From positions 1 through 64,000 of the IMG/VR virus record IMGVR_UViG_3300042691_023995: a stretch of DNA of 64,000 nt. The stretch is one strand, 5' to 3'. How positions within the stretch are numbered: position 1 is the first letter of the stretch; the number at the start of each line of letters is the position of its first letter. The notes under the pieces were generated by a model. The model was not told the DNA's origin, searched no databases, and was given only the letters and a program-made list of their open reading frames with translations. The DNA comes from a virus (taxonomy: Duplodnaviria > Heunggongvirae > Uroviricota > Caudoviricetes > Crassvirales). This document shows positions 49,901-61,400 of the stretch, in pieces. A program made the position numbers and the translations under genes.

Positions 49901-52001
49901 ACCTGCTGTGGACTTATACAACTACATCAGGAAAGTTAATGACGACTATAGATCTATTGGATATTTAGGAAGAGGAGAAGAAAGGGTGTTCTTACCATGG
50001 GTGAGAAAGAGTTTAGTGGAAACACTTATGTCTGGTGGCAGGGTGAATCTATTTGAACAGTTCCTAAAGTCTATATCTGTTGATCCAAATTCAGAAGTGG
50101 GTCTTGGTAAAATGGACCAGTACACTGGTAAACCAATTGACGAGATTCCTAAATACTTCACTACAGAGATTAAGGAGGACGTGAGTGAGGACTTATTCAG
50201 GAACCTGGCTCTATATAACACCATGGCTCTTAGATATAAGTATCTTTCAGAGATTGAAGAGCAGGCTTTGGGTTTGGTTGACATAGAGCAAAACAAAGGA
50301 TCAATTGCCACTTCTTGGTTCTCAAAGACCCAATACGACAAGAAAACTGGAAAGCTCATCACTGTTCCAAATAATAGCAAGAACACTGAGCTTATTGATA
50401 GCATGGTGAAGGGTATCATCTATGGACAGAAATATCTGAAGAATGATACGTTTGACCAGGCTCTTGGAAAGCTAACCAACGTTGGTGAAACGATAAACAA
50501 AAAACTTGGTGTGAAGATATTCCCAGAAGGATTAGAGGGAAGAATCATATCAATGAATAAATCTATTGATACACTGAACAAAACATTCAGTCTCCAAGCT
50601 ATGGGTCTGAACCCTCTGTCAGCCACTTCCAACTTGTTTGGTGGCACATCTCAGTCAATTATTAATAGTGGAAAATACTTTACAAAGGGAGACTATCTCG
50701 CTGCTGAAGCAAAGGTGAATGCTAAATGGCTCAACTTTATATCCACTGAGGAAAAGAAAAAGATTATCGGTGCCCTAGATTACTTCCTTCCTCTTACAGA
50801 AGACTTCTCTAGGGATATTGCTAATGAACTGTCTTTGGGTAAGTTGAGTCCTGATGGGATACAGAACTTCCTCATGAGCCTCATGAGAAACTCAGACAAG
50901 CACGTACAAACTGTTAACTTCCTTGCTTACATAGGTAACTCTATTGTAGTGGATGGACAGGTGGTAAATGCTAGGGAATACCTACGCACCACTCCTGAAT
51001 ACTCAGATATGTATTCTGGTACAACAGAGGAAAGACAAGAAAGAGAGAAACGCTTTGAGAAGGATGTTGAGAAGCTTGTAGAAGAAAAGGGAGTGATGAA
51101 GGTAGGACAAGTGGTTGATAATAAGTTTACTATACCTGGCGTAGATAGAAAATCTGAATCAGTGATTGAGCTCAGAAGGAAGATACAACAAGTGAGCAAG
51201 GATGCTCTTGGTAACATGACAGATGACGCTAGGAGAATGATTGACATGAACATATATGGAAATTCTTTCATGTTGTTCAAAAAATGGATTCCAAGACTGG
51301 TGGATGTTAGGTTTGGTGACCTGAAATACAACTCAGCTTCTGATGCTTATGAATGGGGTAGGATGCGTGTTGCGTTTAGCATGCTATCTCTTGACGTTAT
51401 TAAAAGCATAAAGAGGCTAAGAAACTCTCTTGTAGGTAACCAGGCTGGTGTGGATGATATGAGACAGATGTTTGAGAAGAAGAAGGAGGAATATGAGACA
51501 GAAACAGGTAAAGAGCTGGATATGACAGAAACCGAGTTTGTAGACTTGGTAAGAAGAAGTATACAGTCTCAGATGATTGATCTTATGTTCTACCTCACAC
51601 TGATAGGATTGTTCATGGCTCTGAAGGCAAATGCCCCAGATGAGGATGAGGATGAGGTGGTTAGAAACAGATATAGGTTTATCATGAGGGCTACAGACAA
51701 GCTTAAGGATGAGATTGCCTATTTCTACAATCCAGCCAACTTCTCAGCCCTTGTGGCAGGGGGTATATTCCCAGCCATCAGCCAGCTTGACAACTATGGG
51801 AAGTTCTTAAGCAACTTCATGAAGGAAATGTTTGGGGTGATTGTGGGTGACCAGGAGATGAGAGATGACGCTTTTGCTATAAAATACCTTATGAAATCCT
51901 TCCCAATTACAAATCAGCTGTCCCAATATCTCCCTGTGTTTGTTCCAGATGTAGCTAAAGACCTAGGAATTAAAATGCAGTCAAGATCAGGTATAAGGTA
52001 A
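46977..52001 (+). CDS. giant 1674-aa virion protein with a PD-(D/E)xK-like nuclease motif
   Basis: Its start overlaps the upstream stop. SEIKIYDPKTNKAGTIDLVAITKDGKVNIIDWKF (about 48400-48490) fits an E...hhD...hh(D/E)xK nuclease motif. Confidence 0.5.
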   Translation: MQIMSKCALDIRKDIVATVGRKLTEKGAIVQGDVGYFPNPSRAGAAINDINSEFKTSIVKESEKGSFLIEPSDDLINRYFEQYKRQEEGEAGQLQEEERLRGGYTEEQRGEFFQLEQTETSAASPATIAKIKDFLERIGVNVKEYDSIVVNGVKQDANAAALITQKLIQIVQGKEGVALPEEAMHFALEIIKQTNPALYNKLLKEINNYQFYKQILADYGAHPLYQTADGKPDIRKLKDEAIAKVLAETVINQNEGSVENPEHLAKVESWWSQIVEWLKNLFNIKSGFDQAALAVLSGEEIGTVEDIRAEEGAAYLQKTKQEDSIDRLKAMDSRLSIKDVEEEGKKEPRYFLDGVTKILKRVSDDVKDWYSRRFSNNEITKTEKDKAIDDIKRDKGTKGHSDQDYLIRGLNDGRGGILVDENGYLRQDPLDDSGYVPQMDPNDPERVIYETLKENLRERLASFGESTRFLSEIKIYDPKTNKAGTIDLVAITKDGKVNIIDWKFMDLNVDVYEDVPWYKIAAWKNQMDQYKTMLINAYGFKSQDFGQTRMIPIRTVYSGGTLLGIEIGAVDPKDITDAYLMPVGLEEEATGNEQIDALLKKLNAAYRTLSEKKALPSEKKEKAVQLNTLMSAIRQLQIRQNIEPLLEEAKLLNNYIQKVINRFETEWKDKERITPEEEAQRSAFLKEIRDAEKMLGTYTSLDVDLSDLFLSGGSENEKLETEVAKTVRVARALGDKLNRTKTAFVRDVVGRSEKVEDIIKEEKEIGIVARWFSDTASLQLNSAKVLFRKSNRALAKASMDSVDLARELQEIEGRYKKWATAKGLNKKDYFNIIKKKGKNELIDEFNPEFYKELKSRIDRKDPDLFNWVKENIDIKAYNDFLDEQIKKETEEINQKYKDRMEFDRATGNFYLSEEQERKKEWELNKMKKAYNTSSTTSAGWLQYNFIKRFPKVEKWQSQEWKELFKKDAAGNYVNKPAVDLYNYIRKVNDDYRSIGYLGRGEERVFLPWVRKSLVETLMSGGRVNLFEQFLKSISVDPNSEVGLGKMDQYTGKPIDEIPKYFTTEIKEDVSEDLFRNLALYNTMALRYKYLSEIEEQALGLVDIEQNKGSIATSWFSKTQYDKKTGKLITVPNNSKNTELIDSMVKGIIYGQKYLKNDTFDQALGKLTNVGETINKKLGVKIFPEGLEGRIISMNKSIDTLNKTFSLQAMGLNPLSATSNLFGGTSQSIINSGKYFTKGDYLAAEAKVNAKWLNFISTEEKKKIIGALDYFLPLTEDFSRDIANELSLGKLSPDGIQNFLMSLMRNSDKHVQTVNFLAYIGNSIVVDGQVVNAREYLRTTPEYSDMYSGTTEERQEREKRFEKDVEKLVEEKGVMKVGQVVDNKFTIPGVDRKSESVIELRRKIQQVSKDALGNMTDDARRMIDMNIYGNSFMLFKKWIPRLVDVRFGDLKYNSASDAYEWGRMRVAFSMLSLDVIKSIKRLRNSLVGNQAGVDDMRQMFEKKKEEYETETGKELDMTETEFVDLVRRSIQSQMIDLMFYLTLIGLFMALKANAPDEDEDEVVRNRYRFIMRATDKLKDEIAYFYNPANFSALVAGGIFPAISQLDNYGKFLSNFMKEMFGVIVGDQEMRDDAFAIKYLMKSFPITNQLSQYLPVFVPDVAKDLGIKMQSRSGIR

Positions 52002-52057
52002 CGCTATATTATATCGTTTATTTCCTCATAACTCATTGAAAATACATTAATAACAAC

Positions 52058-52065
52058 TAATTTTG
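52058..52065 (+). promoter_or_regulatory. -7 box taattttg (TAnnTTTG) upstream of the fibre operon
   Basis: Perfect consensus 5 nt before ATG 52071, implying a leaderless or very short-leader transcript. Confidence 0.3.
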
Positions 52066-52070
52066 CTTAT

Positions 52071-52466
52071 ATGCGAACTGCTGCAATTTGCCCAACATGT
52101 CCCTCATATGAGAACGCTTTGTGCGTGCTCTATAACGGAGAATATCTGACCAATATCGACGTAAACCCTTTAGACTCTCTAGAGGTAGCCCTTGGCAAGA
52201 TAAATGATAACCTCGTGCCTGTATCAGGAACAGGAGCTCCCACAGCTGGAGCTATCTATTTAGGACAGCTCTATGTAAGAACCACCGTGGCTCCAAACCT
52301 CTACTTCGCTAAGTCAACAGGTACAGGTGCTTTGGACTGGAGGATTCTCCTTTCTATTCCATATACAGGAGCCCCTGAATATGCTGATAACGCTGCTGCC
52401 ATAGCTGGTGGTTTAACAGATGGTCAAGTCTACCGTACAGGTGACGTATTGAAAATCGTACATTAA
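52071..52466 (+). CDS. small protein (131 aa) immediately upstream of the mega-fibre
   Basis: Complete ORF, Gly/Ala/Thr-rich with an N-terminal CPTCP...C motif. The fibre gene starts 9 nt after its stop. Confidence 0.45.
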   Translation: MRTAAICPTCPSYENALCVLYNGEYLTNIDVNPLDSLEVALGKINDNLVPVSGTGAPTAGAIYLGQLYVRTTVAPNLYFAKSTGTGALDWRILLSIPYTGAPEYADNAAAIAGGLTDGQVYRTGDVLKIVH

Positions 52467-52474
52467 TTTAGAAC

Positions 52475-55400
52475 ATGAACGTACTTCCTAATATACTAAG
52501 TTATGGAAGTTCAGGTTCATCTGGTACATCAGGTGAAGCTGTTCCCCATATACCAGACTTTTTAGAAAGCTTTCCCCAGCAGGTTGAGACACCTGAACCA
52601 ATCGATCCTACGGTTGGTAAGCCTTCCTTTTTGTCTAAACTGTATAATAGCCCACAGTATCAGACTCCTGATCCTGAGAATACGTCTATAAATTATAGTG
52701 AGAGTTTCTTCAATACACCTCTCCTTTCTAATATTGTTGGCTCTGAATCCTCTGAGGGTGATGGCCAATCATTCATAAATAAGCTCTTTGGTACAACCCA
52801 TTGTGAGCCTAAGTTCACATCCGCCCCTGTGGTATGTGCAGCTAACCCATGTCCTATCACATTGAACGCCACCTGTGTGTTCTATGAAGGACCCAATTTG
52901 ATCTATACAGGAATTAACACTAATGACAACCTCCAGACAGCTCTTGAGAAGATAGAGGCAGCTATTGCTGACGAACTTGCAGGTAGCTCTGGTACAAGCG
53001 GTACGTCAGGCACCTCAGGAACATCTGGCACATCAGGTAGCTCTGGAACCTCAGGAACTGACGGTAGTGGGGGAAGCAGTGGTACATCTGGCACTAGCGG
53101 TATAGACGGAACAAGTGGCACAGCAGGAACTAGTGGCACTTCTGGTACCACTGGTACATCTGGAAGTAGTGGAACTAGTGGAACAGATGGAAGTGGAGGT
53201 AGTAGTGGTACATCAGGGACTAGTGGAACCTCTGGGACATCTGGCACATCTGGTACTACAGGAACCTCTGGTACTACGGGTACAAGTGGCACCTCTGGTA
53301 CAGATGGTAGCGGTGGCACCTCAGGCACTTCTGGCACTTCTGGGACCAGTGGTACAACTGGCACCTCAGGGACAAGTGGAACTACAGGAACTAGTGGTAG
53401 TAGTGGAACTAGCGCTACATCAGGTACATCTGGGACATCAGGAACCTCTGGAAGTTCAGGTACAACTGGCACTAGTGGAACGTCTGGAACAACAGGTACC
53501 TCTGGTAGCTCAGGCACTACAGGCACGTCTGGTACCTCAGGTACTTCTGCAACAAGTGGTACGAGCGGCACCAGTGGTACAGATGGAACAGGAGGCACAA
53601 GCGGTACATCTGGTACATCAGCCACTAGTGGAACTAGTGGTACAACAGGAACCAGTGGGTCAAGTGGCACCAGTGGAACTTCAGGAACATCAGGAACTGA
53701 TGGTAGTGATGGTAGTTCTGGTACATCAGGAACATCTGGTACAGCTGGAACTAGTGCAACATCTGGTACTTCTGGCTCTTCTGGAACTGCAGGAACCTCT
53801 GCAACTAGCGGAACATCAGGCACTTCTGGTACGTCAGCCACTGATGGAACAGGGGGAACTAGTGGTACGTCAGGTACATCTGCCACCTCTGGATCATCAG
53901 GATCTTCTGGAACTGATGGAACAGGAGGTACATCTGGATCGAGTGGTACAAGTGCAACCAGTGGTTCATCTGGAACCTCTGGAACTTCTGGTAGTAGTGG
54001 AACAACAGGTACATCAGGCACTAGCGGTACAAGTGGTACGTCTGCTACAGACGGTACAGGAGGTACAAGTGGAACAAGTGGAACGTCAGGAAGTAGTGGA
54101 ACCACGGGTACATCTGGTACTACAGGTACGTCAGGCACAAGTGGAACCAGTGGTACAAATGGTTCACCTGGAACATCTGGTACATCTGCAACATCAGGAA
54201 CTAGTGGTTCAAGTGCTACATCAGGCACATCTGGAACTAGTGGAACAACTGGTACATCAGGAAGCTCTGGCTTGAGTGGAGATAGATATGCCACTACATC
54301 AAGCACAACATATACATTACAAGCAGCTGGTAATACAGGCACAATCACTGTAGGAACAGGACTAGCCTATACAGTGGCTCAGTCTATTATAATTGCCTAC
54401 AATGCAACAAATTACCAAGAGGCTGAGGTGACATCGTACAACTCTGGTACAGGTAGTTTATCATTCACCACCATTACACAGGTGGGAAGTGGAACATATA
54501 GTTCATGGTTTGTAAACCTAGATGGTGCAACAGGAGGAGATGGTTCTAACGGTACATCTGGTACAAGTGGAACATCTGCTACATCTGGCACTTCAGGCAC
54601 TACAGGAACTTCAGGCACTAGCGGTAGTTCAGGAACTACAGGTACATCTGGTACGTCTGGAACTCCTGGTACATCAGGAACCAGTGCTACTAGTGGAACC
54701 TCAGGAACTACAGGTACTTCGGGCACAACAGGTACTAGTGGCACATCAGGCTCATCAGGCACCTCAGGTACTGATGGATCTGGAGGAACAAGTGGAACCA
54801 GCGGCACCACAGGCACATCTGGCTCAAGTGGAAGTAGTGGATCTTCAGGAAGCAGTGGTTCTAGTGGAACATCTGCCACTTCTGGAACATCTGGTACCTC
54901 TGGCACAAATGGTAGTGCAGGCAGTAGTGGAAGTAGTGGGTCCTCAGGATCAAGCGGTAGTGCTGGAACGAGTGGTACAGCAGGTAGTCCTGGTACGTCT
55001 GGTACTAGTGGTAGTTCAGGCACATCTGGTACAGCAGGTACAACAGGAACTTCTGGAACCTCAGGTACAACAGGTACCTCTGGAACTAGTGGATTAACAG
55101 GAACTTCTGGTACATCAGGGGTGAATGGTACTAGTGGAACATCTGGAACCTCAGGGTCTAGTGGCACTGCTGGTAGCTCAGGTACAGCTGGTAGCTCAGG
55201 AACTAGTGGAACTGCAGGTACATCTGGAACCAATGGTTCTCCAGGTACCAGTGGTACAAGTGGGTCTAGCGGTTCCTCTGGATCATCAGGAACAACAGGC
55301 ACTTCAGGTTCTAGTGGTACAAGTGGAACATCAGGCTCTAGTGGTACGTCTGTAGCTGTAGCTGGTACACAGGAATACATTGTTAAGTTTACATCAGCCA

Positions 55401-58400
55401 CAACAATTGGAAACAGTGCCACATGTCAAAAGGCTAGTGGTGACCTCTGTGTCAACCTAGCAGGTGGTATTGGTGTGGATGTTGGTAAGGGTGGTGGATC
55501 TATTGCTACAAACACAGCAGTGGGTAACAGTGCTCTGTCAAGCAACACCACTGGTGCAGGGAACGTTGCTGTTGGATATTTTGCTCTAAGATGTAACACT
55601 ACAGCTAATAATAACATTGCTATTGGTAAAAATGCTTTATGTGCTAATGTATCATCAACTGATCTTACAGCAGTTGGAGATGCGGCACTTAAAGCAAACA
55701 CAGGTGCTTATAATTCAGCTTTTGGTGCTGCTGCTTTGTATAAAAATACAACAGGAACTAGTAATACAGCCATTGGTTTAAGAGCACTACAAGAAAATAT
55801 TACAGGCAGTAATAACACTGCTGTTGGTAGGTTAGCTCTATTCTGTAACACGGCATCAAATAATACAGCAGTAGGTACTTGTGCACTAAGAAGCAATACC
55901 ACTGGTATTTATAATACAGCTCTTGGAACAAATGCACTCAAATCTAACACTACAGGTGGAAGAAACGTTGGTATTGGTCTTAACGCTTTGATTAGTAACA
56001 TTACAGGTGCTCATAACATAGCTGTTGGATATGTTGCTTTAGGTTGTAATGTTTCAGGCAACAATAACATAGCTCTTGGTAGTTTAGCTTTACAATATAA
56101 TACAGCCTCCAACAACACTGCTATAGGATTTTTTGCATTAAGAGCTAATACTACAGGTAATTACAACACAGCTATTGGTAGAAATGCGTTAAAGGCTAAT
56201 ACTATAGGTAGATATATTGTGGCTTTGGGAGATAGTGCCTTATATTCAAACACAACAGGTGAACGAAATACCGCTGTAGGATATGGTACTTTAGTATGTA
56301 ATACTGTCGGAGCTAACAATACAGCTCTTGGATTCCAAGCACTCCGTCAAAATACGGCTTCCAATAACACAGCCGTTGGTTTCTGTGCTTTAAGAAGTAA
56401 CACCACTGGTGTATATAATACTGCATTAGGTTTTCAATCTTTAGCATCTAATACAACAGGTAATAGTAATACTGCAGTTGGTTTACAATCACTTTTATAC
56501 AATACTAGTGGTGTTCAAAATACAGCTGTAGGTAGAAGTACACTATTCTGTAATACTACAGGAAGTAATAACGTAGCTTTAGGTCAGGCTGCTCTTAGAC
56601 TTAACACTATAGGTAATAGAAACATAGCCATAGGTAGAGCTGCTATGGAAGCCAATACTACTGGTGCGGATAACGTAGCTGTAGGACATTATGCTCTTAT
56701 AGCTAATAGTGTTGGTACAAACAACGTAGCTATTGGTAGAAATGCTTTGTATTGTAATACCGCATCAAATAACACAGCAGTTGGATTTAGTGCTTTACGT
56801 AGTAATACTACTGGTACAAACAACGTAGCAGTAGGTTATTGTGCATTAAGAAATAATACAATTGGCACAGGAAATAATGCATTTGGACATGGTTCACTAA
56901 TCTGCAACACAACAGGAGCTAATAATGTTGCTGTTGGTACATCTTCTTTAGGTAGAAATACAATTGGTACAGACAATACTGGTATTGGTGTAAATACTCT
57001 TTTATATAATACAACAGGTATAAACAACACAGCTGTTGGTAGAAGTGCTCTTCAAACAAATACTACAGGAACTCTTAATACAGCAGTAGGTGTTAATTCA
57101 TTGTTAGTTAATACTGTAGGTTCAGTAAATGTTGCTGTTGGTGTAGGTGCTTTACAATCTAATATATCTGGTAATAACAATATCTCAATAGGTGTTAACT
57201 CCCTTGTAACAAATCAGGTAGGTAGCTCTAACGTAGCTGTGGGTAGAGATGCTTTGTTTTCTAATACAGCATCAAACAATACAGCTATAGGCCACTATTC
57301 TTTAAGATGTAATACTACTGGTACACCTAATACAGCTGTTGGTGCTAATGCTCTTGCTTCAAATACAATTGGAGATATTAATACAGCAATAGGTGTAAAT
57401 GCTTTAAATTCTAATACAACAGGAAGAGGAAACGTCGCTGTAGGTCACACAGCATCCAATTCAAATGTTGTTGGTTCTTATAACACTTCAGTAGGTGTAA
57501 GTGCATTAAGATGTAATACTGCATCAACCAATACTGCAATTGGATTTTATTCTATGAGAAATAACTCCACAGGAACTGTCAATACAGCTCTTGGAGTACA
57601 ATCATTAGCATATAATACAACTGGTGCTAGAAACGTAGCAATAGGACATCAGGCACTTTTCAGTAATGTAGTAGGAGTAAACAATACATCGGTAGGTTAT
57701 TTAGCTCTACTTTGCAGCACTGCATCAAACAACACAGCCGTAGGTTATTGCTCTCTTAGAAGCAATACTACTGGTACATCAAATGTTTCTGTAGGTGGGT
57801 TTTCAACAAGATTAAATACCACTGGTGTACACAACTCTGCTTTAGGATTTGCTGCTCTTGAAACAAATGTAACAGGAAATTATAATGTTGCCGTTGGATA
57901 TAGATCATTAAACCAAAACAAAGCTAGCAACAACACAGCAGTTGGATTTAATTCTTTAAGATTTAACACTACAGGTGCGTCAAACGTAGCTGTTGGTAAA
58001 AATGCGTTAGTAAGTAATACTACTGGTGCGCAGAATGTTGCAATGGGGTATAATGCCTTACTTGCAAACACCTCAGGTGGTAGCAATACTGCTTTGGGAA
58101 TGAAAGCATTGTATTCTAACACAGTATCAAACAATACAGCTGTTGGTCGATATGCAATGTGTGCTAATACAACAGGCACCCAAAACACAGGTCTTGGATT
58201 TGGTGCATTAAAAACTAACACTACAGGTAATACAAACACAGCTGTTGGATATAACGCTTTAACATACAACACAACAGGAGGTCTTAACACAGCAATGGGT
58301 GTGTTGGCTCTTGAAAAGAATACAACTGGGTGCTATAATATAGCAATAGGACCATCTGCTCTTAGAAACAATACTACAGGTGCTAGTAACGTTATTATAG

Positions 58401-61400
58401 GTAGAGATGCTGGGTATGCTAACACAATAGGATGTGCTAATACAGCAGTGGGTACTAACTCTTTAAAATGTAATACAACAGGAGGCAGAAACTCTGCATT
58501 AGGATCTGGTGCCTTAAATGCCAATACAACAGGATGCTTTAACACAGCTGTTGGTTTTAACTCTTTAACAGCAAACACAGTAGGAAGTTTAAATACAGCC
58601 CACGGTGTTCAGGCATTAAAATCTAACACCACAGGAAATAGAAATACAGCTTTAGGTTTAAATGCATTATATGCAAACAACGGTAGTTACAACGTAGCAG
58701 TTGGTACCTATTCAACACAAAATACAACAACAGGTTCTTGTAACGTAGCTGTGGGTTATGCAACGTTAGTTGCTAATACAACAGGTATTAGAAACGTAGC
58801 AATAGGTGTTTGTGCTTTAAGTGCAAACCAAGCATCTTCAATTGTTGCTGTGGGACCTAATGCCTTAAGATGTAATACAACAGGAGCAGGAAATACAGCA
58901 CTTGGTAATCAGGCATTGTTTGCTAACACAACAGGAGCAAATAATACTGCTGTTGGACAGAATGCAATGTTATGTAATACTACTGGAGGTGGTAACTCTG
59001 CACTTGGTGATTACGCATTAAGGAGTAACACAACTGGTAATAATAACGTAGCAATTGGTAGATTAGCAGCATCATGCAATACTGTTGGTTCTTATAACAT
59101 AGCAATAGGTAGAGACTCTTCACAAAATAATGTATCAGGAAGTAATAATATTGGTATTGGTTTCCAAGCATTACTACAGAACACAGCGTCAAATAATACT
59201 GCTCTAGGATATAGAGCATTAAGAAGCAACACTACTGGTGCTTATAATGTAGCAGTAGGTGCATGCTCATCAATGTACAACACCACAGGTGGTATAAACA
59301 GTGCATTTGGTTTTAGAGCAATGCTTAGAAACACCACTGGTATTCAAAATAATGCATTTGGTTTCTTAGCGCTTTGTAACAGCAATGGTAACTATAATAA
59401 CGCATTTGGTGTTTGTGCTCTAAGACAAAACACGACAGGTGCTCGTAATACAGCTGTGGGCCATAGATCCATGAACTATAACACAACAGGTAGTTATAAC
59501 ACAGCCATGGGTATGTGTTCTTTGTTGTGTAACACCACAGGTTCTAGTAATGTTGCTTTAGGATTTGCCTCATTACAATGTAACTTAACAGGTACAGACA
59601 ACGTTGCAGTTGGTGTTAATTCGTTATTTAAGAATTGTTCTAATAATAATGTTGCAGTTGGTGCTGCGGCTATGTTGGAAAACACAACTGGTACAAACAA
59701 TGTTGCAATTAGTACCAGTGCGTTGAGGAATAATACAACAGGAGTAAGCAATGTTGCTATAGGATTTTATTCTCAAAGAGTTAGTGTTGCTTCTAACAAC
59801 ACTTCAGTGGGCGTTAGTACACTGAGATGTAACACAACAGGTACTAATAACGTAGCACTTGGAATTTCAGCGTTGTATTCAAATACAACAGGTGTTTCAA
59901 ATGTTGCTATAGGATCTGTTTCTTTGGCAGGCAATACAATAGGTCAACACAACGTAAGCATTGGTAGAGTAGCTCTTAGAAATAATAGTACAGGTAATAG
60001 TAACGTCGCTCTTGGTAGCTATGCTCTTTATGCAAATGTTACAGGTTGCAATAACATAGCCATGGGTTATTTGTCTTTAGCTTGTAATACTGCTTCTAAC
60101 AATACAGCAGTGGGATATGCATCATTAAGATTTAATACCTCTGGTACAGACAATGCAGCATTAGGTCAATGTGCATTGATTTTCAATACTACGGGTGCAC
60201 AAAATACAGCTGTTGGTAAACAAGCTATGATGTACAACAACGTAGGTTGTAGAAACACAGCAGTGGGTACTTTTGCATTGTTTAGAACAAGGTGTAGCAA
60301 TCAAGTGGCTGTAGGATATGGTGCTTTAAGATATAACATAACAGGTGTTGGTAATACAGCAGTGGGTTATACCGCAGGAAGAAATAACGTATGTGGAAAC
60401 AATAATACATCATTAGGAAATTCAGCATTAACTTCTAATACAGCATCATATAATACAGGTATAGGAGCTCAGGCATTAACAAGTAATACAACAGGTGGTA
60501 ACAATACAGCTGTTGGTATGCAATCAATGTTGCTTAATACAACAGGGTATCGAAACACAGCATTAGGTGTAAGAGCATTATGTGCTAATACTACAGCAAA
60601 CAGTAATACTGCACTAGGGTATAGTGCACTAAGAAAAAATATAACAGGCGCAGATAACACCGCTGTAGGAGGATATGCTCTTGCATGTAACACATCAGGA
60701 CGTCAAAACGTAGCTATTGGTAAGGATTCATCTAGATACAATCAAACAGGTATTTATAATACATCTCTAGGTGTAGCCTCTTTACAATCAAATACAGCAG
60801 GTAGTCGTAACACTGCTATTGGTTATCAAGCTTTATTATTGAATACAGCTTCTAACAATACAGCAGTGGGATATCGTTCCTTGAGGAATAATACTACAGG
60901 CTATTGTAATACGGCTGTAGGTAGATTTGCTTTATTTGCTAATACAACAGGCTTTAGAAACAATGCTTTTGGATCAAGAGCACTCTATTCCAATACTACA
61001 GGTGTTAGAAATGTGGCAATGGGTGATAGAGCTCTGGCAGCAAATACAATAGGTTTAAGTAATAGCTCCTTTGGAACTTATGCTCTCTATACTAACACAA
61101 CAGGATCTCTTAACGTAGCTGTAGGAAGCCAAGCATTATTTTATAATCTAGTTGGCTCAGCTAACACTGCTGTTGGAGCTGATGCGCTATTGTGTAACAA
61201 AGCATCAGGTAACACAGCCGTTGGTTTTTGTGCCTTAAGAACTAATACTACTGGTGCTCAGAATGTAGCTGTGGGGTACGGAGCATTGAGATTAAATACC
61301 ACAGGTCAGTATAACACTGCTTTAGGATATCACGCTTTACGTAATAGCACAGGATCACAGAACAATGTTGGTTTAGGAATGCATGCAGGATGTGCTATTA

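Noticed and set aside
52903-55422. Track ORFs 52903..54348 (-), 54412..55422 (-), 53115..54275 (+), 54522..55097 (+), 55125..55355 (+): Pro/Val-rich and Gln/Val/Leu-rich proteins
   Set aside because: They are the antisense and +1-shifted readings of the ggt-aca-agc (Gly-Thr-Ser) collagen-like codons of the real + strand fibre gene. They stay open only because that codon set lacks stops in those frames.
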